NCBI GenBank assembly: GCA_016931995.1
Contig: JAFGDS010000102.1
Span: forward strand, 1-64,000
Origin: Pirellulales bacterium
GTDB lineage: Bacteria; Planctomycetota; Planctomycetia; Pirellulales; Thermoguttaceae
DNA length: 64,000 nt
Reading direction: 5' to 3'
Positions within the stretch are counted from its first letter, which is position 1, and each line of letters begins with the position of its first letter. Both the position numbers and the translations under genes were made by a program. Positions 1-9,653 of the stretch are shown piece by piece. The notes beneath the pieces are model-generated. The model ran no database searches. It was not told where the DNA came from and saw only the letters and a list, made by a program, of their open reading frames with translations.

Positions 1-34
1 AGCAGCCCGTTGAAAAAGTGCTTCCTTCGGCTTT

Positions 35-119
35 GGGCGCCATGCCCACGCTTGCCGTGGGCATGTTTTCGCGCACTTTCGAGGTTTCACATGCCCACGC
101 AAGCGTGGGCATGGCGCCC
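35..119. repeat. Two tandem perfect hairpins (CATGCCCACG..CGTGGGCATG) nested inside outer GGGCGCC/GGCGCCC arms; REP/BIME-like element at the 3' side of the enolase-family gene
   Basis: Seen directly: CATGCCCACGcttgcCGTGGGCATG (about 41-65) and CATGCCCACGCaaGCGTGGGCATG (about 90-113), flanked by inverted GGGCGCC arms. Confidence 0.5.
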
Positions 120-237
120 TGCGACTTTTTCAACAGGCTGCCAGACGCCGCGGAGCGCGGCGACGGGGCCTTTCGGAAGGGAAACGGGGCGCGCGTCCGC
201 GCAAGCGCGGACGGGACACCCGACTCGGCGGAGCAAT

Positions 238-1590
238 TCAGAATCCCAGCCCCGGCCCGTCCAGCGCGCCGGTGCCCAGCGTGCCGTCGGTGACGCGGAA
301 CATCGTGGGGAAGCGGTCCAGCCAGGGGCGGTTGGCCTCGGGCACGTACTGCCGGGCGTTGCCTTCGACGGCCGCGACGGTCGGAATCCGCGCCGCCAGC
401 GACGCGCTGTGGAGGAACGAATAACCGGGACACGTCAGATCCTGAACGCACAGAAACATGCCGTACTTTTGCGCCGCCGCGCCCATCAGCAAAGCCTCGC
501 CGTGCCCCTTGCACGCCTTCAGGGCCACGCCCGAGTAGCCTTGCCGCCGGCTCAACTCGAGGCTCTCGAAATCCACCAGCGCCTCGTCGATCACCACCGG
601 TTTGATCCGCGCGGCCTCGTGCATCCGATTCTCCGGATGGGCGCGAAGGTCGCGGCTGGTCGGCTGCTCGATGTATTGCAGCCGCGCTAGCGCCTCGGGC
701 GATAGCTCGCCCAGTCGTGCGAGGAAGGCGAGCACGTACTCCACGTTCTCGCACTTCTCGTTGAAGTCGGCCGAGTAGAACCACGCCGCGCACCCGCGCT
801 GGGCCTGGACGGGCGCGGCCACTCGATCGACCGCCACGACGCGCTGGACGTCCCAATCCAGATCGTCCCCGGCGAGCTTGATCTTCAGATGGGTAAGGCC
901 GTCGGCGCGGATCCACTCGCCGAGCGTCTCCGGCAGCCCGTCGCCGATACGCTGGGCAACGTCGGCGCCGGTCAATGGGTCTAGCGCCCCGACGAGATGA
1001 TACAGGGGCATCGTCGCCTTGGGCCGCCGCAGCGTGTAGCGGTCGAGATACTCGCCGGCGAACTCGTCGGTCAAATACGCCGCCAGGTCGCGGTTGACGA
1101 ACTCGCCGCCCAGCACGTCGTAGGAGTTGCGCCCCAGCGCGCGGCCGTAGGCGTCGTGGATCGCGGCCTCAAGCGGGCTGGTGGCGACCAACTGGGCGAG
1201 CCTGGGCATGGGCTCGGCAAGTCCCGCGGCCGTCGCGATTGTCTCGGCCACGCCCGCGCAGTGCTGTCCCAGCTCGTGCGCGATCTCCAGCGGATGGCCC
1301 GACGCGCCGCCGTCGACGGCCGCTTGCGCCATTTGCCGGCCCAACCCGATCATGGCGGCCAGGGCGTCGGCGGACGCGACCGTCTTGGACGGCCACGCCC
1401 AGCCGTCGCTCATCGGCATGGAGCCGAACCCACAGGCACGGCGGCCGGAGCGGGTTTCGACCTCGACGGCGACGTCAAGAAGCGTCGCCTCGACGAGCGT
1501 GCGACCGCCGAACCGGATGGGCGTGCGGTAGCGGAAGTGCTCGGTGCGGCTCTCGGCCGACACGACGCGGACGTCGGTGCTCTTCGACAC
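238..1590 (-). CDS. Enolase-superfamily enzyme (mandelate racemase / muconate lactonizing enzyme-like)
   Basis: 450-aa ORF. The translation has the MR/MLE-like layout with a KIKLAGDDLDWD metal-ligand region and later IEQP and CVQD acidic ligand positions. Family assignment is from the overall motif pattern, not a database search. Confidence 0.65.
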   Translation of the reverse strand: MSKSTDVRVVSAESRTEHFRYRTPIRFGGRTLVEATLLDVAVEVETRSGRRACGFGSMPMSDGWAWPSKTVASADALAAMIGLGRQMAQAAVDGGASGHPLEIAHELGQHCAGVAETIATAAGLAEPMPRLAQLVATSPLEAAIHDAYGRALGRNSYDVLGGEFVNRDLAAYLTDEFAGEYLDRYTLRRPKATMPLYHLVGALDPLTGADVAQRIGDGLPETLGEWIRADGLTHLKIKLAGDDLDWDVQRVVAVDRVAAPVQAQRGCAAWFYSADFNEKCENVEYVLAFLARLGELSPEALARLQYIEQPTSRDLRAHPENRMHEAARIKPVVIDEALVDFESLELSRRQGYSGVALKACKGHGEALLMGAAAQKYGMFLCVQDLTCPGYSFLHSASLAARIPTVAAVEGNARQYVPEANRPWLDRFPTMFRVTDGTLGTGALDGPGLGF

Positions 1591-1599
1591 GTCAGGCGC

Positions 1600-2235
1600 T
1601 CAGACCAGTTCCTTGCGGACGGCCCAGACGGCGGCCTGGGTGCGATCGGATACGCCGATCTTCCGCAGGATGTGCTGGACGTGCTCCTTGACCGTTTCGT
1701 AGCTGATGTGCAGCGCCTGGGCGATCTCCTTGTTGGTCAGCCCATAGGCCAACTGGCGCAGCACCTCGCTCTCGCGCTGGGTGAGCGGCACCTCAACGTC
1801 GGCCGTGAGCCGCGGCGTGGCCAGCGCGCCGGTCACGCGGCGCAGCTCGTCGCGGGTCCAGGCGCTCTCGCCGGCGGCCGCCATACGGATCGCCTTGAGC
1901 AGGTCTTCGCGAGAGCATCCTTTGAGCAAGTAGCCGCTGGCGCCCAGGGCCACGGCCCGCGCGATGTACGTGGGGTTGTCGAAGGTGGACAGCATCAGGA
2001 TGGGAAGCTCCGGCTTGTCGAGTTTGATGCGCCCCAGCGCGGTCAGCCCGTCGCCGCCGGGCATCCGGATGTCCATCAGGACGACGTCCGGATTATGATC
2101 GAGGGCGTACTTGACGGCCGCTTCTCCGGTCGAGACCTCGGCGATTATCTCGACGTCGGTGTTGGCCAAGAGCGTCTTGAGGCCACAACGTACCACTTCG
2201 TGGTCATCCGCGATCAACACCTTGATGTTACTCAT
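1600..2235 (-). CDS. NarL/FixJ-family response regulator (receiver + LuxR-type HTH)
   Basis: N-terminal receiver (KVLIADDHEVVR..DVVLMDIRMPGGDG), C-terminal LuxR HTH (LTQRESEVLRQLAYGLTNKEIAQALHISYETVKEHV). GGGAG RBS upstream of the ATG. Confidence 0.9.
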   Translation of the reverse strand: MSNIKVLIADDHEVVRCGLKTLLANTDVEIIAEVSTGEAAVKYALDHNPDVVLMDIRMPGGDGLTALGRIKLDKPELPILMLSTFDNPTYIARAVALGASGYLLKGCSREDLLKAIRMAAAGESAWTRDELRRVTGALATPRLTADVEVPLTQRESEVLRQLAYGLTNKEIAQALHISYETVKEHVQHILRKIGVSDRTQAAVWAVRKELV

Positions 2236-2439
2236 GCGTCACTCCCATTTGTTAACGTGTGTCCCCCCGTCCTGTTGCCGGGGGTGGCAGGTGGTCCAAC
2301 GGGCCTCGGCTGCCTGTCTTGCCGCGACCCACCCATGTGACTTGGTGCTCCTCCCGGTCAATCGGACCCCTCCGGGGCCATCCGCAAGGTCTTCCCCCGC
2401 ACAACCGCGCCTGGGCATGAATGTCCCACAACCGCGCCG

Positions 2440-2700
2440 AGCCGTCCACTGGGGGTAAAGACGATTCCCTTCCGTGTATCCCTCTTTGTTACGATTTGGT
2501 CAACCCACCAAAAATCATATCAGAATTCGTTTCGAGAGGGAGCCCTCCCGGGGAATTCCGGACACGAGTGCCGGATGGGATCCGGCGCGGCGGCAGGTGG
2601 AAATCGGGGGAGTCGTGTGGGTGACCAGATTAAGTATAACCGATTTCGGTTATGGCTGAAACCCCCTTACTTCGGAAGAGTGGTTTTTTTCCGCCATTCC
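2440..2700 (+). ncRNA. Candidate small structured RNA or leader. AT-richer segment with several hairpins, ending in a stem plus T7 run (about 2668-2697)
   Basis: Hairpins GGGAGCCCTCCC, CCGGACACGAGTGCCGG and AACCGATTTCGGTT; CTTCGGAAG stem followed by TGGTTTTTTT. The overlapping small ORF 2474-2659 has low GC3, atypical for this genome. Confidence 0.3.
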
Positions 2701-2941
2701 CTACCTCTCCCCCATTGGGGTTGTGCGGATTGATCCTGCTCGGTTCGAATAGGTCGTGTGAGCGCGCCTTGGGGCAGGCAATGCGGCACCGGTGACAACG
2801 CCAACGGACTGCTTCGGTAGTCCTTTCCGAAGGGAACCCAGTTTGCTCGGATCGGTCGTCACGCGGCGGCCCGCGCGGAGCCGCCGCTCAACGAGCGGTC
2901 CCCGCGCCAGGCGCGGGCGGAGCGCGCGTTGCGGGGGCGCG

Positions 2942-3904
2942 TCAGACGGGCGATTCCACGTCGGGGGCGCCGCGGTCGCGAAGGGCCTGACCGATGCGGG
3001 CGCGTTGCGATTCGGTCAGCGCCCAGCCGGCCGCGCCGGCCGTGTCGCGGATCTGGTCCGGCCGCTTCGCCCCGCACAGGGCCGAGGTCACGCCGGGCTG
3101 GTGGATCGTCCAGTTGATCACCAATTGCGCCACGGTGTGGCCCGTCTCGGCCGCAATCCCGCGGAGCTTGTCCAAGAGATCGTGATTCCGCTGCCACTCC
3201 TGCCCGTGGAACATGCTGTACTTGAGGCGGCTGTCGCCCTCGGGCAGAACCGTGTCGCGGCGGAGCCCTCCGGCCAACAGACCCTTCAGTAGCGGCCAGT
3301 AGACCAGCACGGCCACGCCGTGCGCGGCGCACCAGGGCAGCGCGTCGGCCTCGATGCCGCGCTGGAGCATGTTGTAGACCGGCTGGTACGCGGCCAGCGG
3401 GCATTGGGCCGCAAAGGCTTCAAGCTGCGGGACGTCCACATTCGACGCCCCGACCGCGCGGGTCTTGCCCTCGGCCATCAGCCGGGCCAGCTCGCCGGCC
3501 GATTCGGCCACGGGGACGTTGGGGTCCGGCGCGTGCAGGTAATACAGCTCCACGTGGTCCGTGCCCAAGCGGCGCAGGCTCTCCTCGCACTGGCGTCGGA
3601 GCGTCTCGGGCCGAGCGTCGAAGACGCGGTTGTTGCCCTCCCAGTGCAGCCCGCCCTTGGTGGCAATCACCACGTCGTCGCGCCGCCCCTGGATCGCCCG
3701 GGCGATGAGCCGTTCGCTTTCGCCGGTTGCGCCGTACATATAGGCCGTGTCGAGGTGGTTGACGCCCAACTCGAAACACGCCTGGATCGTGGCGATGCTG
3801 TTCTCGTCGATAACGCCCCGGCTGGTCATGCCGGCAATCGGCCAGCAACCCAGCGCTATGGTGGAGACCTGCATGCCCGAGTTGCCCAGCGGTCGGTATT
3901 CCAT
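2942..3904 (-). CDS. Aldo/keto reductase family oxidoreductase
   Basis: MEYRPLGNSGMQVSTIALGCW..GVNHLDTAYMYG..DHVELYYLHAPD; canonical AKR N-terminus and length (320 aa). Confidence 0.9.
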   Translation of the reverse strand: MEYRPLGNSGMQVSTIALGCWPIAGMTSRGVIDENSIATIQACFELGVNHLDTAYMYGATGESERLIARAIQGRRDDVVIATKGGLHWEGNNRVFDARPETLRRQCEESLRRLGTDHVELYYLHAPDPNVPVAESAGELARLMAEGKTRAVGASNVDVPQLEAFAAQCPLAAYQPVYNMLQRGIEADALPWCAAHGVAVLVYWPLLKGLLAGGLRRDTVLPEGDSRLKYSMFHGQEWQRNHDLLDKLRGIAAETGHTVAQLVINWTIHQPGVTSALCGAKRPDQIRDTAGAAGWALTESQRARIGQALRDRGAPDVESPV

Positions 3905-4097
3905 GGCGGTTGTTTCGTGGCCGGAACGCGTACGGCATCGTCTCCCCTCGCCGGCCGCGCGGGAGAGGGGCTGGGAGTAAAGGGACGCCGCCCATGATTA
4001 GACGACGGGAGTCCATCCCGCCGACATTATAGTTACCCCGGCAACCGCGGCCAAGTCGCCGCACACTGGCGGAGCCAGTGGCACACGCTGGATGACC

Positions 4098-4301
4098 TCA
4101 CTCACCCACGTCGGCATTTGGGCTATCGGCGGCTTCCTCCCGCTTGTCCGCGTCCCGCAGCCGCCCGCGACGGCGAACGGCCTCGGCCAGCAGATACTCG
4201 ATCTGGCCGTTCACGCTGCGCAGCTCCGCCGCGGCCCACCGTTCGAGGGCGTCGTACAGTGCGGGGTCAATCCGCAACGGGAATGCCTTGCGAGGCTTCA
4301 T
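4098..4301 (-). CDS. Arc/CopG-type ribbon-helix-helix DNA-binding protein
   Basis: 67 aa. [32 protein letters not shown] matches the Arc-family RHH pattern (fnlRlp..l...l...A...grSmNaeIv.rL). Confidence 0.6.
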   Translation of the reverse strand: MKPRKAFPLRIDPALYDALERWAAAELRSVNGQIEYLLAEAVRRRGRLRDADKREEAADSPNADVGE

Positions 4302-4320
4302 GCTACTGCGTGCGTGAGCG

Positions 4321-5223
4321 TCAATTGTGAAGCGTGCCCGCGTTGATCACCGGCTGGACTTCGGTTTCGGCGCAGAGGACGACCAGCAGGTTGCTGACCA
4401 TCGCGGCCTTGCGTTCCTCGTCCAGCTCGACGACCTGTTTCTCGGCCAGACCTTCCAAAGCCATTTGGACCATGCTGACGGCGCCGTGGACGATCCGCTG
4501 CCGGGCGTCGATGATTGCCTCGGCCTGTTGGCGGCGTAGCATCGCGCCGGCGATTTCCGGGGCGTAGGCCAGATGGGTCAGCCGAGCCTCCTCGACCGTC
4601 ACGCCCGCCTTGCCGACGCGGTCCTGCAACTCTCTCTGCAGGGCCGACGACACCTCATCCACGCCGCTTCGTAGGGTGATCTCGTTTTCCTCGCCGTGGT
4701 CGTAGGCGTACTGGTTGGCCAGATGGCGGATGGCCGACTCGCTTTGCACCTCGACGTAGTTCTCGTAGTTGTCCACGTCAAAACACGCCTGGGCCGTGTC
4801 TTCCACGCGCCAGACAATGACGGCGGCGATCTCGATGGGGTTACCCCGCTTGTCGTTCACCTTGAGCTTCTCGCTGTTGAAGTTCCGCACGCGGAGCGAG
4901 ATCCGCTGCTTGGTGTTGAACGGATTGGTCCAGTGCCAGCCCGGCTTGCGGACCGTCCCGCGGTAGGCGCCGAAGAGGATCAGCACGCGGCCCTCGTTCG
5001 GCTGTAGCGTGAAGTAGCCCGGCAGGGTGAACGCGAATCCCAAGATCACCAACACGGCGGCGCCCAGCAGGTAGAAGTTGGGCAACGCCCCACGATGATT
5101 GTCCGCTTCGATGGCCGACATGATGAAGAACACCACCAGTGCGACGGCGGCCGCCAGAAGCCCGACCGTCACCGGCAGAATCGCCCAACCGCTGGCCACA
5201 TGAATCCCACGTTCTTGATTCAT
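4321..5223 (-). CDS. SPFH/band-7 (stomatin/prohibitin-like) membrane protein
   Basis: Internal Met (MNQERG..) preceded by an AGGAGG-like RBS. One N-terminal TM helix, then an SPFH-like core ([52 protein letters not shown]). The upstream part of the ORF-track 422-aa reading runs through repeat elements and is rejected. Confidence 0.75.
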   Translation of the reverse strand: MNQERGIHVASGWAILPVTVGLLAAAVALVVFFIMSAIEADNHRGALPNFYLLGAAVLVILGFAFTLPGYFTLQPNEGRVLILFGAYRGTVRKPGWHWTNPFNTKQRISLRVRNFNSEKLKVNDKRGNPIEIAAVIVWRVEDTAQACFDVDNYENYVEVQSESAIRHLANQYAYDHGEENEITLRSGVDEVSSALQRELQDRVGKAGVTVEEARLTHLAYAPEIAGAMLRRQQAEAIIDARQRIVHGAVSMVQMALEGLAEKQVVELDEERKAAMVSNLLVVLCAETEVQPVINAGTLHN

Positions 5224-5359
5224 CGCGAAGACCTCCAACTGGGTAAAGCGGGGACTTGTGTATATCGAAATGATATCATATTGATACTTCCGTGGCAAGG
5301 GGTGGGACGGAGTTTTCTTGGAATCCCCCTCGGGAACCAGACCCCGAAATGGCGGATGC

Positions 5360-5524
5360 TCGTCCTGCTGAGCGGAGTGAATCACCCCAAGTGCTTGCGG
5401 GATAAGGAGATCCTTCGCTTCGCTCAGGATGACGGGAGGCTTGCGGACGAACGGGATGGCCGTCATGCAGTCGGCTTTGCGGACGATTCTCAGGATGACG
5501 GGAGGCTTGCGGACGAACGGGATG
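5360..5524. repeat. Repeat family A copy (degenerate left arm + right arm GAGATCCTTCGCTTCGCTCAGGATGAC), followed by a 35-bp unit TCAGGATGACGGGAGGCTTGCGGACGAACGGGATG repeated twice with a 69-bp period
   Basis: Direct sequence comparison. The same arm sequence recurs at about 22551, 29275, 49446 and 52654. Confidence 0.7.
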
Positions 5525-5627
5525 TCGGGAGGCCCGGGGGGTGAATTGACCTTGCGTTGGCCCGGCGTTCTTCCTAGCATCCCGCCCACCTTTCCCTACT
5601 CCCGATGGTCTTGCCCCGGCAGCCTCC

Positions 5628-8600
5628 GTGAAACGACTGCTGCAAGTGGTGTGTCGCGCCCAACCCTCGCCGTTGCGCGGGGTCGTCCTGGGCGTCGTGG
5701 CCGTCGTGTTGGCCGCGGTTGCGTCGCGTGCGCAAGAGCCCCAAAGCGCGCAGTACCGGGTCTATCCGCTTCGCTACCAGACGGCCGCCGACGTGGAAAA
5801 GGCGCTCGGTCCGATGTTGGCCCAGCTTGCCCCGGGCACGAACACGCACCTCGTGGCCGACGTGCAAAACAACCAATTGCTTTTGCGCGGCCCGCGGGCG
5901 GCGCAGGAGGTTGCCCGGCAATTGATCGACTCGATCGACCGTCCCGCGCCGGTTCAACCGATCCCCCCGCCCCCGCAACCGCTCGGTCAGCCGGTCGTTC
6001 GCGCCTACGGATGTCCGCCGGAGCGATTGGCCGAGGCGGCCCAGAGGCTCGAGACGACATACGGCGCCGCGGCGGGCGTCCGCGTGGCGGCCAACCAGCA
6101 AACCGCACAACTATTCGTCCTGGCTCCGCCGGAGGTACACGAGGCGATCTCGCGCCAGTTGGCCGCCCTGGGTTTGCACGGCGCGGCCGCGGCGACTGGC
6201 GGCGAGCCGGCCGTGCGGGAGGAGTTCGTGGGCATGGCGCACGGCCGGGTCGAGCAGGTCGAGACGGCCCTGCGAGAACTGTTGGGCGCGCGGCTCAAGC
6301 CCATCCAGCCCCGCCCCGCGGATGGTCCGGATTATCGCTTCGAGAATACCGCCGGGACCCACGCCGACCTGACCGTGGACCGGCGGCGCAACGGCGTCAT
6401 GCTGTTGGGCTCGGGCAAGCTCGTGGGGCAGCTGGCGCACCTGATCCGGTATCTCGATCGCCCCCGCGACGCGGCGGACCGGGCCGTTCGCGTTCTCCCC
6501 ATCCGTCATGCCGATCCGGCGAAGGTCCGCGAGGCAGTCGAGAAATACCGCAGCCAACGGCCCGGCGAATTGCCGCCGAACGAAAGCCAGTCGCTTTACC
6601 GCCTGCCGCGGCGGCCGGGCTCGCGCTATTCGCCCGAGGGTATCGACCTGGTCAACTACGAGATGGTCACGGCCATGCTCCAGCCGGCGCCCCAGCCGGG
6701 CCGCGAGGGCGCCGAGCCGCCGGGCCAGACGCCGCCGGACCAACGGGAGCAGCCGCCGGAGACGCTGCGCGAGCTGGCGCCGGACGTGGACGTGCAGATC
6801 CTGCCCGACCTGGACGTGATTATTCTGCAAGGCCGCCGGCGCGACGTCCAGGAGATGGCTCGGATCATCGCCGAGATCGAGCGGCTCAGCGTGGAGACGC
6901 AGCCGGCGATCGAAATCGTTGGGCTGGCGCACGTGGCCAGCGACTCGATGGCCACGGTGATCGCGCAGGTGCGCGACGACCTGATCGGCGGGCGGCAAGG
7001 CCGGGTGAGCGTCACGTCGCTAATCAAGCCCAACGCTTTGTTGCTCATCGGTTGGGGCGAATCGGTCGGGGCCATCCGGGAGTTGATCCAATCGCTCGAT
7101 CAGCCGGTCGCGCCCGACACGCAGCTTCGCGTCTTCCGGCTCACCAACGCGCCGGCGGGCCAGGCCGTGGCCACGGTGCAGCAGTTCTTCGCCGACCGCG
7201 GCGGACTGGGCCCCAAAGTGCTCGCGGTGGCCGACGTCCGCACCAATTCGCTCGTGGTCCAGGCGTCGCCCCGCGACATGGCCGAGGTGGCCACGCTGGT
7301 GGAGAGTCTCGACGCCGGCAGCAGCGGCGCGGTTTCGCGGGCGCGGATCTTCAAGCTGAACAACTCGCTGGCGGCCGATCTGGGCGGCACGCTCCAGGCG
7401 GCCATCGCCGCGGCCCGGGGCGGCCCTGGCGCGGCGGGACGCTCGGCCGTGCTCGAGCTTCTGGCCGTCGAACCCAACGGCCAACGGGTGCTGCGCTCCG
7501 GCATTCTGGCCGACGTGCAGGTGGTGCCGGACGTGCGGACCAACAGCTTGATCGTCACGGCCCCGGCCGAGAGCATGGAGTTGATCGCCGCCCTGATCGA
7601 CCGGCTCGATGCGCCGGCGTCGGTCGCGCAGATCAAGGTCTTCCAGGTGGTCAACGCCGACGCCAACGCGATGATCCGGATGCTGCAATCGCTGCTGCCG
7701 GCGCAGTCGGTCGGCGCCGCGGCCCGCCCGCAACTGCCCACCGCCGAGGGTGAGACGTCGCTCGTGCCGGTGCGATTCTCCGTGGACGTCCGCACGAACA
7801 GCATCATTGCGACCGGCTCGAAGGGCGACCTGGCGATCATCGAGGCCTTGCTGTTGCGTCTGGACGGGAAGGACGTGGATCAGCGGGTGAACACGGTCTA
7901 CCGGCTCAAGAACGCGCCCGCGACGGACGTGGCCCGCGCCGTGAACGAGTTTTTGCGGAGCGAGCGCCAGGTGCAGCTTGCCGCGCCGGGCAGCGAGAGC
8001 CCCTTCCAGCAGATCGAGCGGGAAGTGGTCGTCGTGCCCGAGCCGGTCAGCAACGCCCTGATCCTCAGCGCGACGCCGCGATTCTTCAAGGACATCGAGG
8101 AGCTGGTCCAGAAGCTCGACGCGCAGCCGCCGCAGGTGATGATCCAGGTGCTCATCGCCGAGGTCGCGCTGGACAACACGGACGAATTTGGCGTCGAGCT
8201 CGGCCTGCAAGATTCGCTTCTGTTCGACCGCAGCCTGCTGTCGGCCATCGAGAAGGTGGTCAAAACGACCACGGAGAGCAGCGCCACCGGCATCGTGACC
8301 ACCACCGAGGAGACCATCGTCTCGGCCGAGCAGAACCCCGGATTCAACTTCCGCACCCAAGCGCTGGGCAACAGCGGCGCGGACAAGGCCATTGCGCAGG
8401 CGAACCTCGTCGGCGGGCAGGGCGTCACCACGTTCGGCGTGGGGCGGACGAACAGCGAGCTGGGCTTCGGCGGCATGGTCCTCTCGGCCGGCAGCGAAAG
8501 CGTCAGCGTGCTCATCCGCGCGCTGCAGGAATGCCGTCGGCTGGAGGTCTTGAGCCGGCCGCAGATCATGACGCTCGACAACCAGTCGGCTTTCATCCAG

Positions 8601-9653
8601 GTCGGCCAGCGCGTCCCGCGGATCGTCGGCACCACGATCAACGCCACGGGGCAAGTGAACAACATCCAGCTCGAGGACGTTGGGCTCATCCTGGGCGTCA
8701 CGCCGCGGATCAGCCCGGAGGGCATGGTCGTCATGGAGCTGGACGCGGAGAAATCGGAGCTCGGCTCCCAACTGGAAGGCGTGCCCGTGGCCATCTCCGA
8801 AGGCGCCGTCATCACTTCGCCCATCGTCAACGTGACCACGGCCCAAACCACCGTGAGCGCGTCCAGCGGCGAGACGATCGTGCTGGGTGGCCTGATCGTC
8901 AAAAGCAAGCGGACGATCAACCGCCGCGTGCCCTGGCTCGCCGACATCCCGCTGGTGGGAATGCTCTTCAAATACGACGCCCAGCAGAACCGCCGCGCCG
9001 AGTTGCTGATTATCTTGACGCCCTGGGTGATCCGCGGGCCGGAAGACGCCGAGCGGATCAAGCAGCGCGAGGCCGCGCGGATGAACTGGTGCCTGGCCGA
9101 CGTGAACTGCCTGCACGGCGACACGGGCCTGTACCAGATCGGCAACGACGCCTCATACGTCGGCGCGGGGCCCATGGTGATTTATCCCGACGCGCGGCAC
9201 GGCGGTCCGCGGACCGCGCCCCCGCCGGCCAGCCTGGAACCGTGGCCGGAGCCGATCCCGCCGGGTCCACGACTGGAGAACGTGCCGACCCCGGCGCCGT
9301 TGCCGGGGGATCTTCCGCCGATGCAGCAAGGGCCGACAACACAGACTCTTCCCCTGACGACGCCGCCTCCCGAGCGGCTCGTGCCGGCGGGCCGGCCGGT
9401 CCAGACCGTGCAGTCGTCCCCCGCGGGTCCGGCGCCGTATGCGCCCTGGCCTGGACAAGGCGTCGCCGCGGGGTCAACCGGTTACGGCGCCGCGGCGGGC
9501 GTGCAGTTCGCCGGGGGCGAGGCCGCGCCGACATACGACCCGCGCCGCGGCGAGCCCATCAATCCGGCCGTCTACGCGCAGCCGCAATACCCCGGCGCGC
9601 AACCGCCGCCACCGCAGCTATCGCCGTTGTACCCGTACGGACAACCGCAATGA
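5628..9653 (+). CDS. Giant secretin (type II/type IV-pilus PilQ/GspD-like outer-membrane channel), 1341 aa, with a Pro-rich C-terminal extension
   Basis: GTG start. Signal peptide (VVLGVVAVVLAAVASRAQEP). About eight secretin-N-type repeats carrying the DVRTNSL(V/I) motif. C-terminal secretin domain (VLSRPQIMTLDNQSAFIQVGQRVP .. VPWLADIPLVGMLFKYDAQQNRRAELLIILTPWVI). 180-aa P/Q/A-rich tail. Confidence 0.9.
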   Translation: MKRLLQVVCRAQPSPLRGVVLGVVAVVLAAVASRAQEPQSAQYRVYPLRYQTAADVEKALGPMLAQLAPGTNTHLVADVQNNQLLLRGPRAAQEVARQLIDSIDRPAPVQPIPPPPQPLGQPVVRAYGCPPERLAEAAQRLETTYGAAAGVRVAANQQTAQLFVLAPPEVHEAISRQLAALGLHGAAAATGGEPAVREEFVGMAHGRVEQVETALRELLGARLKPIQPRPADGPDYRFENTAGTHADLTVDRRRNGVMLLGSGKLVGQLAHLIRYLDRPRDAADRAVRVLPIRHADPAKVREAVEKYRSQRPGELPPNESQSLYRLPRRPGSRYSPEGIDLVNYEMVTAMLQPAPQPGREGAEPPGQTPPDQREQPPETLRELAPDVDVQILPDLDVIILQGRRRDVQEMARIIAEIERLSVETQPAIEIVGLAHVASDSMATVIAQVRDDLIGGRQGRVSVTSLIKPNALLLIGWGESVGAIRELIQSLDQPVAPDTQLRVFRLTNAPAGQAVATVQQFFADRGGLGPKVLAVADVRTNSLVVQASPRDMAEVATLVESLDAGSSGAVSRARIFKLNNSLAADLGGTLQAAIAAARGGPGAAGRSAVLELLAVEPNGQRVLRSGILADVQVVPDVRTNSLIVTAPAESMELIAALIDRLDAPASVAQIKVFQVVNADANAMIRMLQSLLPAQSVGAAARPQLPTAEGETSLVPVRFSVDVRTNSIIATGSKGDLAIIEALLLRLDGKDVDQRVNTVYRLKNAPATDVARAVNEFLRSERQVQLAAPGSESPFQQIEREVVVVPEPVSNALILSATPRFFKDIEELVQKLDAQPPQVMIQVLIAEVALDNTDEFGVELGLQDSLLFDRSLLSAIEKVVKTTTESSATGIVTTTEETIVSAEQNPGFNFRTQALGNSGADKAIAQANLVGGQGVTTFGVGRTNSELGFGGMVLSAGSESVSVLIRALQECRRLEVLSRPQIMTLDNQSAFIQVGQRVPRIVGTTINATGQVNNIQLEDVGLILGVTPRISPEGMVVMELDAEKSELGSQLEGVPVAISEGAVITSPIVNVTTAQTTVSASSGETIVLGGLIVKSKRTINRRVPWLADIPLVGMLFKYDAQQNRRAELLIILTPWVIRGPEDAERIKQREAARMNWCLADVNCLHGDTGLYQIGNDASYVGAGPMVIYPDARHGGPRTAPPPASLEPWPEPIPPGPRLENVPTPAPLPGDLPPMQQGPTTQTLPLTTPPPERLVPAGRPVQTVQSSPAGPAPYAPWPGQGVAAGSTGYGAAAGVQFAGGEAAPTYDPRRGEPINPAVYAQPQYPGAQPPPPQLSPLYPYGQPQ

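Noticed and set aside
997-2340. 447-aa plus-strand ORF antisense to the enolase and response-regulator genes, and similar long antisense ORFs throughout (for example 5429-7753, 7020-9116, 7898-9175, 12678-14696, 18757-19821, 19929-20888, 21194-22441, 22680-24239, 24895-26217, 26269-27924, 27974-29131, 29922-31010, 31959-33458, 33371-34519, 33881-35065, 37537-38400, 37683-38783, 38991-40463, 40562-41914, 43319-44917, 45001-46071, 46112-47326, 50447-52219, 53145-54746)
   Set aside because: Their translations are R/P/G/A-rich low complexity with no motifs. They lie opposite strongly supported genes. Stop codons are rare in about 67% GC DNA, so such ORFs are expected artefacts.
2474-2659. 61-aa ORF ending just before the T7 terminator-like run
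   Set aside because: Low GC3 and no RBS. The hairpins favour an RNA element over a protein.
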